Positions 25,994 to 39,599 are shown, numbered from the stretch's first letter. The stretch: DNA of 64,000 nucleotides from Nymphaea colorata (GCF_008831285.2 NC_045138.2:33728001-33792000), one strand, 5' to 3'. Numbers and translations: made by a program. The notes: generated by a model not told the origin, from the letters alone.

Positions 25994-28900
25994 GTTAAGC
26001 AATAAAAGGTGCAGAGTCGCCTATTTGTATATAAGAAGATGACAGGGTGCCAACTTGCACCTCCAGATGGACAAAAATGGCGGAGATGCTTTTGCTAATG
26101 GAGATGATCCCTGGTCCTCCTCGTAATGACAGTTTGCAGCCATTTCGTTATTGCGTGAAAACTGAAAAACATTGTTTTACTTCATTGACGATCACAGCAT
26201 ATTGTTTAGGAGACAGTGTTATTGACCACTAGTCTTGGAAATTTGTGGGGACCCTCAAGTTTCCTTTTTATGCATCTGTAGCTAGTGAATCTCAACCACA
26301 GATTCATGGCGTATTAATTATTTTGACTAATTAACTTAATATAAGAATTATGTGCTTCAAAATGCATGACATGAGTAAAAATCTGTTGACGAACTAAATA
26401 CCCTAAGGAAGAAAGGAATTGCATAATGGCGGGCATCTAAGGGCTTGAAGGGAATCCGAAGCTTACCAGAAGATTTTCGTAAGCTAGGTTTTTTTCCTGT
26501 TGAAATGGTCCAAAAGGCCATTTTGCTTCATGTTTGTGACCTCGTGAGCAGGTTTATTTCCTGCCTATGATTTTGTGAGCAGCACAACTTTTCTTCCAGT
26601 TTGTCTGCGTCTCTTTTTTTTTTCCCTAAGTTGAGAATGAAGGAAAAAAAATTCACTTCCCCCTTAATCCAGGAATCTTTTCCTGGATAAATAATATTCA
26701 TGAAATTTTTTCTGTGACCATCAAAAGGTTCCTGATTCTTTAATGATTTAATTTCAATTTTGTCGTCATACATGTTGCTTGTTCCAAGTTCTTTTCATTT
26801 CCTTATTCCAAACATATACTATGCGATGTGTTTTATGTTGGACTTATTTAATATCTCTGCCTGCACATTCGCCTTCAATGGTACCAATGCAGGTGAATAT
26901 GGAAATTCTTCTTTGGAAACTTGCAGTTGATGATGAAATTGAATAGCTAGTATGACGGTCCGCTTCATGTTGCAAATTAATTAGAATTGTAGTCATTTTT
27001 GAAACGTGAAATTGAATAGCTAGTATCTCTGCCTGCACATTCGCCTTCATGTCTAGCTGATCCTATTTATTTCGTGCGTTGAACACCTCAAATTTCACAT
27101 CACAAAGTTTACACAAATTTTCTAAAGAAGTCAGGTAGTACACATCAAAAGAGATGTAAGTTGGTCTTGCTAAGATCTGACTACATCTTCTTGGTTTTAC
27201 ATCTTTTGTGATCTGGCACCGGACATGCAGATAAAATTCATTTACTAACACTTGGTTTTCATGAAGTAATTGCTGTACAAGATGTTGATTTTTCACCTTA
27301 TGTGAGTGCTGTATGGCTTGTTCATGCAATATGAACTCTACACGAGAGTGTATTATGTGGGAGTCGTGTGACGCCAAATGCAAGCTTCGTCATACAAGTG
27401 CGAGCATCTCTCATAAGAGGTCTCCAGTTAGGTAGGTGTCTACACAACAATTGGATAGAAAAAAATTATCAATTGAGAGAAGAGGAAATAAGAAACCTAT
27501 ACTGGTTTCACCGATGGTTTTCTACAAAGAAGCGAACCCTCTTATCAACGATTGAACCCAAAAGAAGAGAATGATAAGCAAAAGAGAAGGTCTAAAAGTC
27601 TAGCTGGGCGGCTTGACCTTTTGTATAATGGGCAAAACCGACGAGTGTGACCATCTATGGAATCTCTCGATATCTTAAAATCATCTGCACATGAAAGAAA
27701 ATAAAATAGAGCATTTCTTCATTTCTCTGTTTGCAGGTTAACAAAGTATAGCCCAACAACGGACAACCAGCAAAACACATCAGAAAACACAGAGATTTTG
27801 CAGACGAAGTACTGACACCCATGAAGGTTCCTCGTGAGTTCAAGGAAGATGTTGCTTGGAAGTTATCTTCCAAGCAGAATTGGAAAAGGATCTGTAGTAG
27901 AATAAAGAGAAAACCTGTGAAATGTAGGAGCATTATCCTTGCTGAAAAGATTCCCTTGTTCCCCTATGTGGCTACCCATTAACTGCAATTTCCTTTTCTT
28001 GTCTAATGTAGGTCCACCACAGTTGTCACCTCCAAGAAGGCCAGACTAATGGTGAACTCTGCATCTTCCAATAGTCTCTCAAGGGTGTTTGATGGTAGTA
28101 GGACAAGTTTTTTGCGGTTAAATTTTTTTCATGGTGTACAGTATCGAGAAAAAAATAGTCCGATCCCTCTGGGGCCAGCTTGCTTTCCTGGTTTCTAAGC
28201 CATAACCGTTGTACAGCAGGAGAAATTGTTTCTGTTGGTCTACTGTACGGTGCTAAAAATCTTGCACTAAAGCCGTCTGTCCCTGTATGTGAGAGAGAGA
28301 AGGAGAGATCTGTGGAGATTCACAGTTGCAGTACGCACACAAATGCAATGTCTGAAAGGAAACATCTGTCATGTCCCGATATTAACTTTTGTGGTACGCA
28401 CTTCGAATAAATTCAACCTCTGAAAAGAAAGAGAGAGTCTTCGTGGCAGAATCATTCATGAGTGCATGTGCACATGAAAAGGGCCTCAAAACTTGTTCAC
28501 AAGGCACCAACCCCACGTGAAGCCCAAAATACTTTGCAGTTGGTGGTGAAATAAAATGGCAGCACACTTGTAGGTCCACTTTTCTTCTTATTTTCAGTGC
28601 AAAAGGAATCGATCAGATAGCTTTGGATGATGTGTTGCTTCAGTAATATTCATCCAACTGCCACCTTAGCCAACGGAGTTACGGAGGTTTCTTTCTGAAC
28701 ATGTATAAAAAATTTCTTACAAAGATAAAATACTGAGAACTTAACTTAGAGAAATACAAATAAGGTTGACCCCGACAGCTCTGACCTTTCCCAAGTCAAC
28801 TTTGGATAGCTTACTAAAACTCTCACCAAGTCTTGAACTCAGATGGATATGCAGTGCTTTACTGACAGTTCTTAGCTGGATCTGTTTCCTGATCCAAGAA

Positions 28901-31032
28901 AACCATTAAAACCTTGTGTCACCACACCCTTTTAAATGAGTCAATATTTGGGCATGAGGAAGAGCTGATTTGCTATTGTCCAGGCACACAACAGGACCTG
29001 CCGGCAAGTTTGGGCTTCCAAGGAGTGTCAATTCATGTGACGGGCATTAACTACACTTACGGTAAATATTTTTTAACATGGTTTGCTGAAATATCGAGTA
29101 TGTATTCTTAAATCATTCAAAAAACTGAATTCCATGTTTTTAGCTTACTGTTTTTCGGGAAACATGAACTTAAAGAGTGGTACCGCATACAGGATTTGCT
29201 TACACGTCAAATCATACCCATGATACATGTCTGCTATTCTTTCTTTAATTTAATTGATGTCATTATGCAACACATTTTAAGTGAAGACAGAGAACTTTGT
29301 AGTCTAAGATTGAGACACCCCATGATCCATGCTGGGTTCCTGCTGTTAGAGAAATCTCTCTCTTTCTCTCTTTCTCTCGCTCTCGCTACGTGGAATTACA
29401 TGATTCGTAGAGCAAATAACTTCGGAATCAACCAAAAGACATACCTCTTCTCTAACACCTACCAGCCCAGCTATTTATAAAGAATAGATCGACACAATGT
29501 TTCTTTCAAATTCAGAGTCATTTTACGAAGTGCGCGTCATCGTTACCATCAAATAAATGATGGAATAGATAATAGGATTGGTCTACTTTGTTCAAGAAGT
29601 GGGATCCTATTGCAACTGTCTGTATCTAGCTCATTCCTTGGAACGGTGACGATCTTAATGTAACGAAACTGGATTTGTTCTACAGGGTAATTTGCTGAGT
29701 ATGGAATCATTCAAATTTAAACTTTTGTCCTTCTGATCCACAACCAACATAACTGATCTCCTGCTTAATATGATGGCAGTAATTGTCGGAACACTTGGAC
29801 TCATATTTGGTTCGGCTAAAATGTCTTCAAGGAAATGAAATGCTGATCTGTTCAAGAAGGAACAATATGAAGCAAACAGGCTCAATCACTTCGGCTCAAT
29901 GACAGTGGCAATCTTTTTTCCGGACAAACAGTGGCATTTTTTTTTAAAGAACTGAATAAGTATCTCTATTGTTGGTTTTTATCAATTCGACAAATGCAGA
30001 AACAAAAGTAAAATAATATCACAGTTCATGGACATTTTGTGCGCATCCATTCGGCGTACAATCATGTCCTGCTCATCCTTTTTCTGATTGAGTTTAACAG
30101 GAAAACTGCGAATTGCTAGTCGGACCGATTGATCAAGACCAAGCCATATATGGTACAACCATCCCTCTGTTTAGAGAATATCAATTGCAACCAAGATCAG
30201 AAGTCCCCATGATGTAGCAGTGAAGAGCTCTAAGCACTGAATATCAACTAGTTATTTTCCTGATTAATGTACAGAATCCACTATCGAAGATCTTTTTCTG
30301 GTCCTTCAGCGAGACTACAGCCATTAGAAATGCCCAATTATGAGAGCTACCGATGTGATCAATATGCTATTCATATTGCAGTAAATTGTTCTAGCCATTG
30401 AGTGTCGTTCCGTATTTTCTGCTGTTTTTGCCATAATATAACAATTCATCATTGCAGATCTTTCTTTTATCATATATATATATATATTTAGGATAAAATG
30501 ATGGAAGTGCAGGAAACACGATTAAAAACATCTACTTGAGGATGCAATTCATTCTGGAAACGCTTATACCCCTGTTTGGATGCTTCGATCCTCACACCAT
30601 ATAATCTTTCTCCGTGTACTTCATATCAGGAAGATGGATAGAGTACAGGGGCCTAATTTACCTAGTAGAGGCCATAAAAGGGGATTCTCCTGAGGATTAA
30701 GGCCCTTGTTGATTCTTTCTTGCTGCACCATGCCTATTAATAGTGCATATAAAGGATGGCAGTGAAAGTCTGCCAGACTACCAATAGGCAATTCCTCAGG
30801 AAATTTTTCATGTGGAAGCAAGAGTATAGAATGAAGAAAAACATATGCCTTTCCATATGGGCCTTTTGGGGTCGCGAGGATGCCAAACAGATATTCATTT
30901 AAATCAATGATACAATACAATATCAGTTTCTTCTATTTCTGAAAGAAAGAGTGATCTATTTAAATCAATATACAGTTTCTTCAATTTCTATAATGTTACA
31001 GAACTATTGTGAATCCTATAATATGCCGTAGT

Positions 31033-31365
31033 CTATACATTTTCTTCAGGACTCTCCCTTCTAGTGACCCGAACATAACAAACAACTGCAATAATCATAG
31101 CAGTACCAAGCCCACCAAGAATAACACCACCACCAGCAGCAGATGAACTGCTCTCATGATGATGACCAAGCCTCCGAGCTGCTGCCGGTGCCTCTGCCAT
31201 CACTGCAATGTGTCTGACAATCTCATCTCCTATAGGAGGAGTAGCTGCCCCCTCTGTGCTTGGTGCCGATTGATCCGTTTGCACTCCAGGTGCATCTGAT
31301 GCCGTTGAGACTACACAAGTTGCTGCTATAACTAAGCAAATCAGCTGCCACTGAGCCATCGACAT
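31033..31365 (-). CDS. Small signal-peptide, single-pass membrane protein, paralogue 3
   Basis: 110-aa ORF with signal peptide, AEAPAAARRLGHHHESSSSAAGGGVILGGLGTAMIIAVVCYVRVTRRE. TATA box near 31470. Confidence 0.88.
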   Translation of the reverse strand: MSMAQWQLICLVIAATCVVSTASDAPGVQTDQSAPSTEGAATPPIGDEIVRHIAVMAEAPAAARRLGHHHESSSSAAGGGVILGGLGTAMIIAVVCYVRVTRRESPEENV

Positions 31366-31580
31366 GATAGCGATCCTCCAAAGGTATTAGAGAAGGAGCA
31401 GCAGAGCTATAATGGATGATGTTTCGTCTCTGCGTTGTGCAGGAATGAGTGCACCCGTGTATGCCTTTTATAGTGCTTCCTTGCCGATCTTCGTGATCTC
31501 TATGTTCAATTATTGAACCAGTAAGAAGCAATAATTATTGAACTAGTGGAATCTATTGATAGACCGAAGCATCATGTGAC

Positions 31581-31614
31581 GTGTTGGCTTGGTTGGTACT
31601 TGTGTTTAATATTT
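31581..31614 (-). promoter_or_regulatory. Second copy of the 34-bp upstream element
   Basis: Identical to 25960-25993. Confidence 0.6.
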
Positions 31615-31677
31615 AGTGAGCAGTAGAACAATCAAAGCGACATATTTGTATTGGGAGATAATGACAGGTTGCCGACT

Positions 31678-31746
31678 TGTTTTTTTGAGATTGAGAAATC
31701 TATATCCACCGGTTTTTTTGAGATTGAGAAATCTATATCGACCGGT
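31678..31746 (+). repeat. Two-copy tandem repeat of about 33 bp
   Basis: TTTTTTGAGATTGAGAAATCTATATC.ACCGGT twice. Confidence 0.85.
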
Positions 31747-34114
31747 GCCAGATCTTGTGATGTCTAGATAGAGTAAGTTATAAGATGCTACTTTCTTAGT
31801 ACTACAGTTTTCAATCACCATATAGTTCATGATTTGCATGTTTTTGAAGCAGTACTGATGTTGGAGATATCGGATCTTTTATTTACCATGTATATATATA
31901 TAAACATTCTAATACATTTATAAAAAAACACATTTTGATGTAAAACATGGTTTGGATCAACTTGTTTTTATAGGAACCAGGTGCTTGCAAAATGAAGAAG
32001 AATGAACTGATCTTGTACATTTCTCAAACTCTTTGTACAAAGCATTTACTTGTTACTAATAAAGTTAAATAAATAGACGGGGCCGGCAATAAACAAGCAC
32101 GAACCATTTCCCAGCGAAACTCTTTCCCGGTCGATCACCCGCTCTTCGGACTTTTTGCCGTAAAATTAGGGGGTTCCTTTTTTTTCTTGTCATTCAGAAT
32201 CCATCCTTCCGATTTGCCGGAATTCGTGTTCGTAACTGATCATTATCGGCCGCCTTTGCTGGCTCTAGCTGATTAGGAAGGAGCAACAAAGGCTCAACAG
32301 CTGAGGGGAAAGTTCATCGACTGACGGCAAACTGCAAAAATCGACGCCCTCCCCTCCGCTTGGCACCTTTTTTTTTTTTTTTTTCATTTTGTAAGTTAAA
32401 AACTTACAAAAAGAATGCGACGAGGAACAGAGCGAAATTATAAAACGTTTGAACACAGCATTACTAATTGTCATCAAGTTTGAACACTACCCAATTGTCC
32501 TTGGGAAAGCTTTGCATAAAAAGAAAAGGTTTTTTAATCATAAGAGGAACATGTATGATTTCATTCAACATAAATTTATATCCACAACCATCAACGGAAC
32601 ATTGGCTCTAGTTCAGCTGTCTCCGCGGCTCCAAAAGCATGGGGAAATTGCACCAAAAGGTTGCTCCCAGTATTAGAGATTGACAAACCTGTTCTACTAC
32701 CAACTTTGATTGATTCTAAACTTGAGATTCCGAGTACGTGCTTAGAGCATTTAGATTCAGGCTAATGTGGTGTGTCGCATCATAGTTTAAGTACAAGAGT
32801 TGTCACCTGAAACAAGGCTATTCATAGCTGTGTGACGAACATGAGGAAGGACGTTACGTTGTTTTACTGAGATTACAATTTGAAACAGGTTTTCCGACAA
32901 TTCTCAACTGGTCAGAGATCATCTTAGCAGATTGCATGTACTCATTAATCGATGTGCTGCCTTTTTTTAAGCATTGAATCTATTCTTTTAATTGCAGATT
33001 CCACACCTTAAGCCAGGTTTCCGAACCCATTACTTGGTTGCGAACAGACTCAGAAAGTGACGAGATGATCCAACTTTAGGTGAAGCTGCAAAGTCGCCAG
33101 CCATTGGCCATTGCAGCTCTCATGCCAACACAAATTCTCATTAGATTCACTGTTCTTTATTAACTACATGTAATCAATTGCGTGGATAAGACAGATAGAC
33201 TTGATTGAACAATACATAGAACAGCAGAATGCCACATGGACTGTGGGTTACTTAGCAGCTTGTGGCCTACGAGAGAAGAAAACTGCATATATCCTGCAAT
33301 TGATTGTGACTTGCAAATTGACAACATTGTTGCATTAGTCTCAAAATTGTATATGTAAAAATTGGAATGATGGACAAGAAAAACAAAGTAAATCTGTACT
33401 CTTGTAAACACAGTTTTTGTTGCAATAGAATTTATTTATGAATTAGTGGTCTCATTCTCTATTATAAAATTTGCTTTCTCGAGATAGCTAGCTTTATCGC
33501 TGATGTAAATATTAAGTGAACGTTTCATGGATTGGAATCAAAATTCCTTCTCAAACTGAAATGGAATCAAATTTCTATGTTTCAGTTTCTTGATTCCAAA
33601 AATAAAATATATCGTTTGTCTAATAATTTTAATTTTTTAAAATTAAGTATTTTGATTCTAAAATTGTGTGATTATGAATATATCAAATGCCCCTTAAAGT
33701 GACACCGCTAAATGGTTCATGTTACCTAAGTAGCGATGTCACTATTAGTGATAGAAACATTAATAATGGCAATGGTTTAGCCGTCGCCATATCTCATATT
33801 TGTCGTAGTGTTTGTGTGATATCTCAAAAATTAGGTTTTGCATGATTGTATAATATTTATAAGAATAGTGGATGGAACAAACAGACACAGTGTTCTCGTT
33901 CCTAAAAAACAGGTGGAACAATAATGGTCGGACACATGTATGTCTCGTCCTCCCGAAGCCACCCACCCTTCAGGAGACTACATAAATTAAAGGAAAATTT
34001 TACGAAACACCGCCCAACTGGATAATATCTAGCGGTGTCGGGCTCAGGGAGAGGGGAGAGAAGAGTATCCTTGCGGAAGGGAACGTTTCCCGGCGGCCGG
34101 AGGCTATCAGAAAG

Positions 34115-37100
34115 ATGGGAGGAGGGACGATGAGGGCGGTTGGAAGGGTATTTGGCGTCGGAGCGGTTCGGGGTGGGGCGGTGATCCCCCGGATGCAGCA
34201 GCCCTCGGGCGTCCGGAGATCGTCTTATCCGTCCTCAACGTCCGTCTCCTCTGCAGGAGACGGCGATAAGGGGAAAGTCGTTGTCTCCTCTCCGGGAAAC
34301 GCGGAAACTTCAGTAGCGCGGGGAGCGTCCTGGGAGAATGACGATTGGGAGTTTGCTGACTGCGATCTCTTCGAGCCGGAAATTCCACCACCGAGGTTCG
34401 TTTTCGGACCGCCGGCATCTTGGGAGGAGGCTGTCAAGGCCACCGAGGAGCTAAAGGAGACGGTGAATAAGTAAGAATCTTATACCATACGGTTTCTTTC
34501 CATAGGTTTTTCTTCGTTTCTAGTTGTTGTATGTTCATCTTGTGAAGTTTTAGCGTGATCATGGCGACGGAGTAACTGTATGGGCTTCATTTCCGGCATC
34601 TCTGCATTTTGTTTATCGAGATGCTTGTGTTGATGGTATTTCTTAGTTTCCTTTCGGAATATTGGTTCAAAGATGGGTTAGGACTTTCTTGGTAGATATC
34701 CAAAAATTCCATAGTTTGTTCAAATTCGATGATATTTTTCTCTGTTTTTTATGTTTGCATTCATTTTCTTGGGCTGTTTACGGTTTGTTTGAAATCCTGT
34801 GGTCAAGTATTGGTCCTTTCTTAGCTACTTCTTTCCTACCCTATCATCGGCGTGGTAGAAAAAGGAATTTTTTTCTGCTTCTTCGCGTCTTTACAGCTAT
34901 CTAAATGTTCCTTTTGGGGTTACTGGTTCTACCTTTGGCATTGCGGACGCTGTTTTTGAGTCTGGGCTATTGGTCTAACTTTAGCGTTAATAATTTTCTT
35001 ATTAGGTTTAGGGCCTGTTTGGATGGAGGGAATGGGAAAGAAATGGAGAGAAAGGTTTATCAATCCTGTATTTAGTTGGTTAATGAGGAAGAAGGGAAAG
35101 TAAAGGAAAACAAAAAAACATGTTTGGTTGCAAGGGAAATGGAAGGAAAGGAACAGAAAGGAAGGATCCAAAATTGGAAGGAAAGGAACAGTGTTTTTGA
35201 TGATGTCGGATGGGATATAATGGAGCATTGAGACTGTGGAACTCTGTTCTTACTTGGCGGTTGGCTGGCAGGCGGTCTCAAAGAGAAGCATTGTTTTCTG
35301 GTTCTAGACAGTGTTGAAATCTCTGTCAATTATTTTTTTATTTTGGAAGTTAGACTCACCTTAAATATCGAACTATATGAAAAGCTAGACTCACCTTAAA
35401 TATCGAACTATATGAAAAGCTAGACTCACCTTAAATATCGAACTATATGAAAAGTAATAAAGTTTGGAAGAATATTTTTTTAAAACTTAAATGTCTTAAA
35501 GTCGTTTGTCTCGCATGACTGCCAAGATAATGTTTTCATAAAGATGTGAAAATTTGAAAATTTTTTTGATACTTCTACTAAATTAATGGTTGAAAGTATC
35601 ATACCTTAGCATTTTGATGTTTTCAATATGATGTCTTGCTTGTCCAAATTGCAATTAGTTGGTTGGATTAGATATGAACGGATCTTTGTTCCAAACCAAC
35701 GAGTGGTTGGTCAAAGTAGTCAATTGGTCACTGCAGTCATTGGTCAACTAACTAATCCCTGAACTATAAATGTATATGTGCATTCTTAATAAAGGTTTAA
35801 TTTTTCTGTATCTTTTCTCCATATGAATATATGTATTTTATTTATTCAACTTGGGCCGAGTTGAACTGGCTAGTCCTAATTAAGTTTTTAGGGTCTTTGA
35901 AAACCTGTGTCCAACTTCTAATTTTGACGACGTTGATTGATATTTATAACAGAGACAAGTGATTCTTGTGTTTCTTCCACTTGTTTTTCGGTGCATTCCT
36001 TGAAATTATGTTGACACTTCTATTCACACATTACAGTTAAGACTTCTCTATTGTTATCAGAGGCATTGAACCAGCTGCTTCTGGATTACAGCCCCTAGTA
36101 TATTATTGATCTTAACTGTCAAGTATAAAGTTGCATGTCATTGTAAGGTCCTCTATGTATTCCTGGAAGAACGAATTGGAAAGTGTATATTCATCATTTC
36201 ATCTTTTACTAAAGCTTTAGGAACATGACATCCTGTACATAATTACAAAATTTTATTTTATTTTATCTGGTTGCAGGTATTCTTATACGGCATTTGTACT
36301 GTCAAAAGTGTTGGTACTTAGGAATTTTTCTGGGGACATAGAAAAGTTAGTTTATTTTGGGTGCAGTGAAGATTAAACAATTCCTCATTTTACCAGAAAA
36401 AAAAGAATTGTATAAGTCTGAGAGTTTTATTAGTCAACCTTTCTTATCACGGTGCTCGTCAAAAGAATACAATGCTGCATATTTTCAGGATTTATATGAA
36501 ACAAAAATATTGGATAAGTCTGTACCAAAACTTCATGTGGACCAAATATCCAGAACGAGTTTTTACTAGGTTCTACAATGTGCCTCCCTAGGAAGAGAAC
36601 ATACCAGTGGTGTGTAGTGTAGGTAAATTTTGGACCTGCTTATGAGAATCGTCCTTGTGAATAATTTTATAATTTTATATCAAATACATTTAGGGATTTT
36701 GAATTTAAGATGTTATGTTTCATGCCTTACTTGACTTGGATTGCACTTTGCAGCTGAATCTTGTGTACGAAGTATGAAGTCTATACTTTTGACCGATTCC
36801 TTGCAGAAGCATCCATCTGCTAATTATTTTATTTATTGATATGCAGATGGATTTTGATGACCTTTATTGCTTGTTTTGGCTCATATATACTTTATTCTGT
36901 GAAATCTTCAGGATGTATTTTCTATCTCCTACTGATGGTAGTGTGGCACCCCATGCTTTGGAGACCTCCAAAGCATCAGAAGATTTGATGTTAAACGAAC
37001 CTGACACCAAACTTTGCGTGGCTAGTGGTCATGCAGTCATTGCTCCCCAATGAATAATAATGTGTTGCAGGCATTTTCTTTGCTCAATGAGAGGCCCGAT

Positions 37101-39225
37101 GTTCAGGTGGTCTACTTGCTGTGCTATCTTGTCTGTGTTGCTATTATTGTTACTGTGATTAGTTGATGCTGTTTTATAGCTTCTTTATGGTACAACAAAT
37201 ACGAAGCATTTATTGGTTCCTCTTGAGTATCATGGTTGCTGATATCTCAAGTTTACTTAAGAAAAGCTTTGTAAAAGGCAAGAGGCTGTGTTGATTTGAA
37301 GGTCGTATTATTAACAAAACTATCGTCTTGGATGTATCAACATGAACTTACTTTACCTGACATATTCAAACATTCAAGGAGCCTGAGAACTGTCTATGGC
37401 CTGCTATAAGTTACCGGTATTCTCCTGACACTTGAAGATTGGTAAGTTAACTTGCCAAAGGATCTAAAATCTGATGCAATAAGATGGCCACAGATGAAAA
37501 GGCCCTCAACCTTATAGGCTTATACAAAAACCAGCACCGTTTGGCCTTTAGGCTTTGGCCATCTATGTGAATTATACAGTCTCTAATTGACCAATACATC
37601 ATTATGTTATATAGAGAAGTCATTTTACCATTTCCATAGACCCATGGTTTCATATATGAAATGATAATAAAGGGCATTATAGGACTTGGTGAGTTGGAGG
37701 GCATGGGATTGCAAAGGGGAGTGAAAAGGGTATGGTTGGTTAGGATAATATTGTTGGTGTTCTCACCTGAAAACTCCTGGTTGTCCTTTGTGGAATCTGA
37801 TGCAAAGCTTGGATCCTGAACAGTCTGAACCTACTCCTTCTTTCTCTTGCACAGACACCAAAAATTCCATTGCACATTTGTGTCTTTGTAGCCCACCCCA
37901 TATTTTATGGTGGCTTTCTGCATGTTTTCTGTTTTCTTAGCATATTTGCTCTTGGCTCAAAAGCTAATCATTTTCCTTTTGTTGGTGAATGCAAATAAAT
38001 CTCTTATTTCTTCTTCTAGTGCTTTTGCAGTGCCATCTTCTGTTTTGGCCATATAGCTCTTGGACATGGCCATGAGCGACATCATTACTGTAATAAAAGA
38101 ATTATAGCAACTTTGTCATCTGATGAGATCATAACTTTTGTCATATGATGTTATCATAACTTTTATCATCTGGTGATCTCATTAGGGAGTTCAAACTTAT
38201 TTTGAAGCTTATACTTTCTTGTTTATTTATTTTCTTTTATAGCAATATCTCAACCCTTCAGCTTTCTTAAAAATATGGATATATGAGAGTGGTGGAAAAG
38301 TCAACCATACTCATGTGGATGAGGGAAATTGTGTAATAGAAAACTGGAAGTTCCAATAAAAAAATCATCCTTAGTTATCTTTATGTTTTGTGTTGCTAAT
38401 GCTTGAATGTGAGGACAAATCCTACAAGCAATCCTGGTATTACCATATGCCTTATGTTGTGTGAGCAATAATCTGCAGAGTATAGTAATATCTTCCACAT
38501 TTCTCAAGATTTCTTTCGATAATTTAATTATGCCTCGTTGGTGTACAGAACATACTTGTGAGTTAAGACTTGAGAATTAAGACCAGTATGGTTCATGTTG
38601 TACCAGGTTCTCAACGTATTGTTTTAGCAACTCTAGGGTATGCCCCATCAAGTGTCACTTGGTGTTCTGGTTTTCATGTAGGGTCAATAACACATGGGTA
38701 TTTTAATGAAGCAGTTTTCTGTGTGTTTTCCTGATTTGTCTGTTCTGCAGAATATGGTTGTTTCACTTGCATCAGACCCAAACATTTGGGAAGCTGTTCT
38801 CAATAATAAGAAGGTTTTGCAGTTCTGCCAGTCAAATAATACAAGTTAGTGGTGCTTAATCACAATTTCTTTTTCATTGCAGAGTGTAGACGTATCTCGT
38901 CTAATAGCTTTCTTTTCTTTCAGGTCTTTTCACTAAAGATGCTGCTGAGAGTGTGTCAATAAGTGAGAATTTTGAAAGTCTTGGAGTAGATGATGCAACC
39001 TCTGATGGAAAAGAAGGTGGATTTCAGACCTTCTTGAGGGAGATGAAGCTGAAAATGTCGGAATTTATTGGCAAGGTCTCTGAAGTTGCTCTGAGTTTCA
39101 TAGGACTGGGCCCTAAGGAAGACTCTAGGGACGCCAACAAGGACTTCGTTGAAACAGCAGTTAAAACATCTTTCATGCTTGCTGTGGTGGTAATCTTCGT
39201 GGTTGTCCTGAAGAGGATGCCCTAG
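34115..39225 (+). CDS. Conserved uncharacterised plant protein with C-terminal TM anchor (UCP012943-like); apparent frameshift in exon 2
   Basis: Exons 34115-34470, 36912-37106, 38751-38844, 38924-39225. Motifs MGGGTMRA, DWEFA, PRFVFGPPASWEEAVKATEEL, VLQAFSLL, NMVVSLASDPNIWEAVLNN, and C-terminal FMLAVVVIFVVVLKR. The exon 2 frame reaches TGA at 37051-37053 unless one base is added. Confidence 0.8.
35011..35200. mobile_element. Partial Tourist/Harbinger-like MITE in intron 1
   Basis: TTA followed by GGGCCTGTTTGGAT terminus and a GGAAAG-rich interior. The second terminus was not found. Confidence 0.4.
35351..35454 (+). repeat. Perfect 35-bp tandem repeat, three copies
   Basis: TAGACTCACCTTAAATATCGAACTATATGAAAAGC x3, no spacers. 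Confidence 0.95.
38109..38182 (+). repeat. Imperfect 25-bp tandem repeat, three copies
   Basis: AACTTTTGTCAT[CA]TGATG..ATCAT units. Confidence 0.8.
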
Positions 39226-39598
39226 GAAGCAGGTCTCCTTGTATAATTTGCTGACAATACTACAAGCATGGGTATGTTCTGAAAATTTGGCCGTAGTGTT
39301 CTTCTCCTTGTACATATGCCGGAAACCGTAACTGGAAGATTTGAATACCTCTTCTCTCTGACATCTGGGAAGAAAAAACTAGTATATGCGCTTGCTTGTC
39401 TATATATTTATCTTAGGATATTATTACGTTAATGCTGCATATGATAGCTGTTACCTTTCAGTTGCCCTTCTATCGTTGGTTTCTTGACATGAACTTGTTG
39501 AGACCTCTAAGCTGATGTCGGCTTATGAAGTTCAAGTTGAAGGCAGTTATTACTTCAACGCGCAGTGTGCTTAACTGCTTATGGGATCATTTCTGGGG

Positions 39599-39599
39599 A

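Noticed and set aside
30621..30920. 99-aa ORF next to paralogue 3
   Set aside because: Non-ATG start and no recognisable family; possibly an old retroelement remnant.
33081..33122. TGAAGCTGC...GCAGCTCTCA as a MIR167 precursor
   Set aside because: Only the first 9 nt match miR167 and the stem is too short.
35351..35454. 35-bp repeat x3 as a CRISPR-like array
   Set aside because: Units are head-to-tail with no spacers and lie in a plant intron; ordinary minisatellite.
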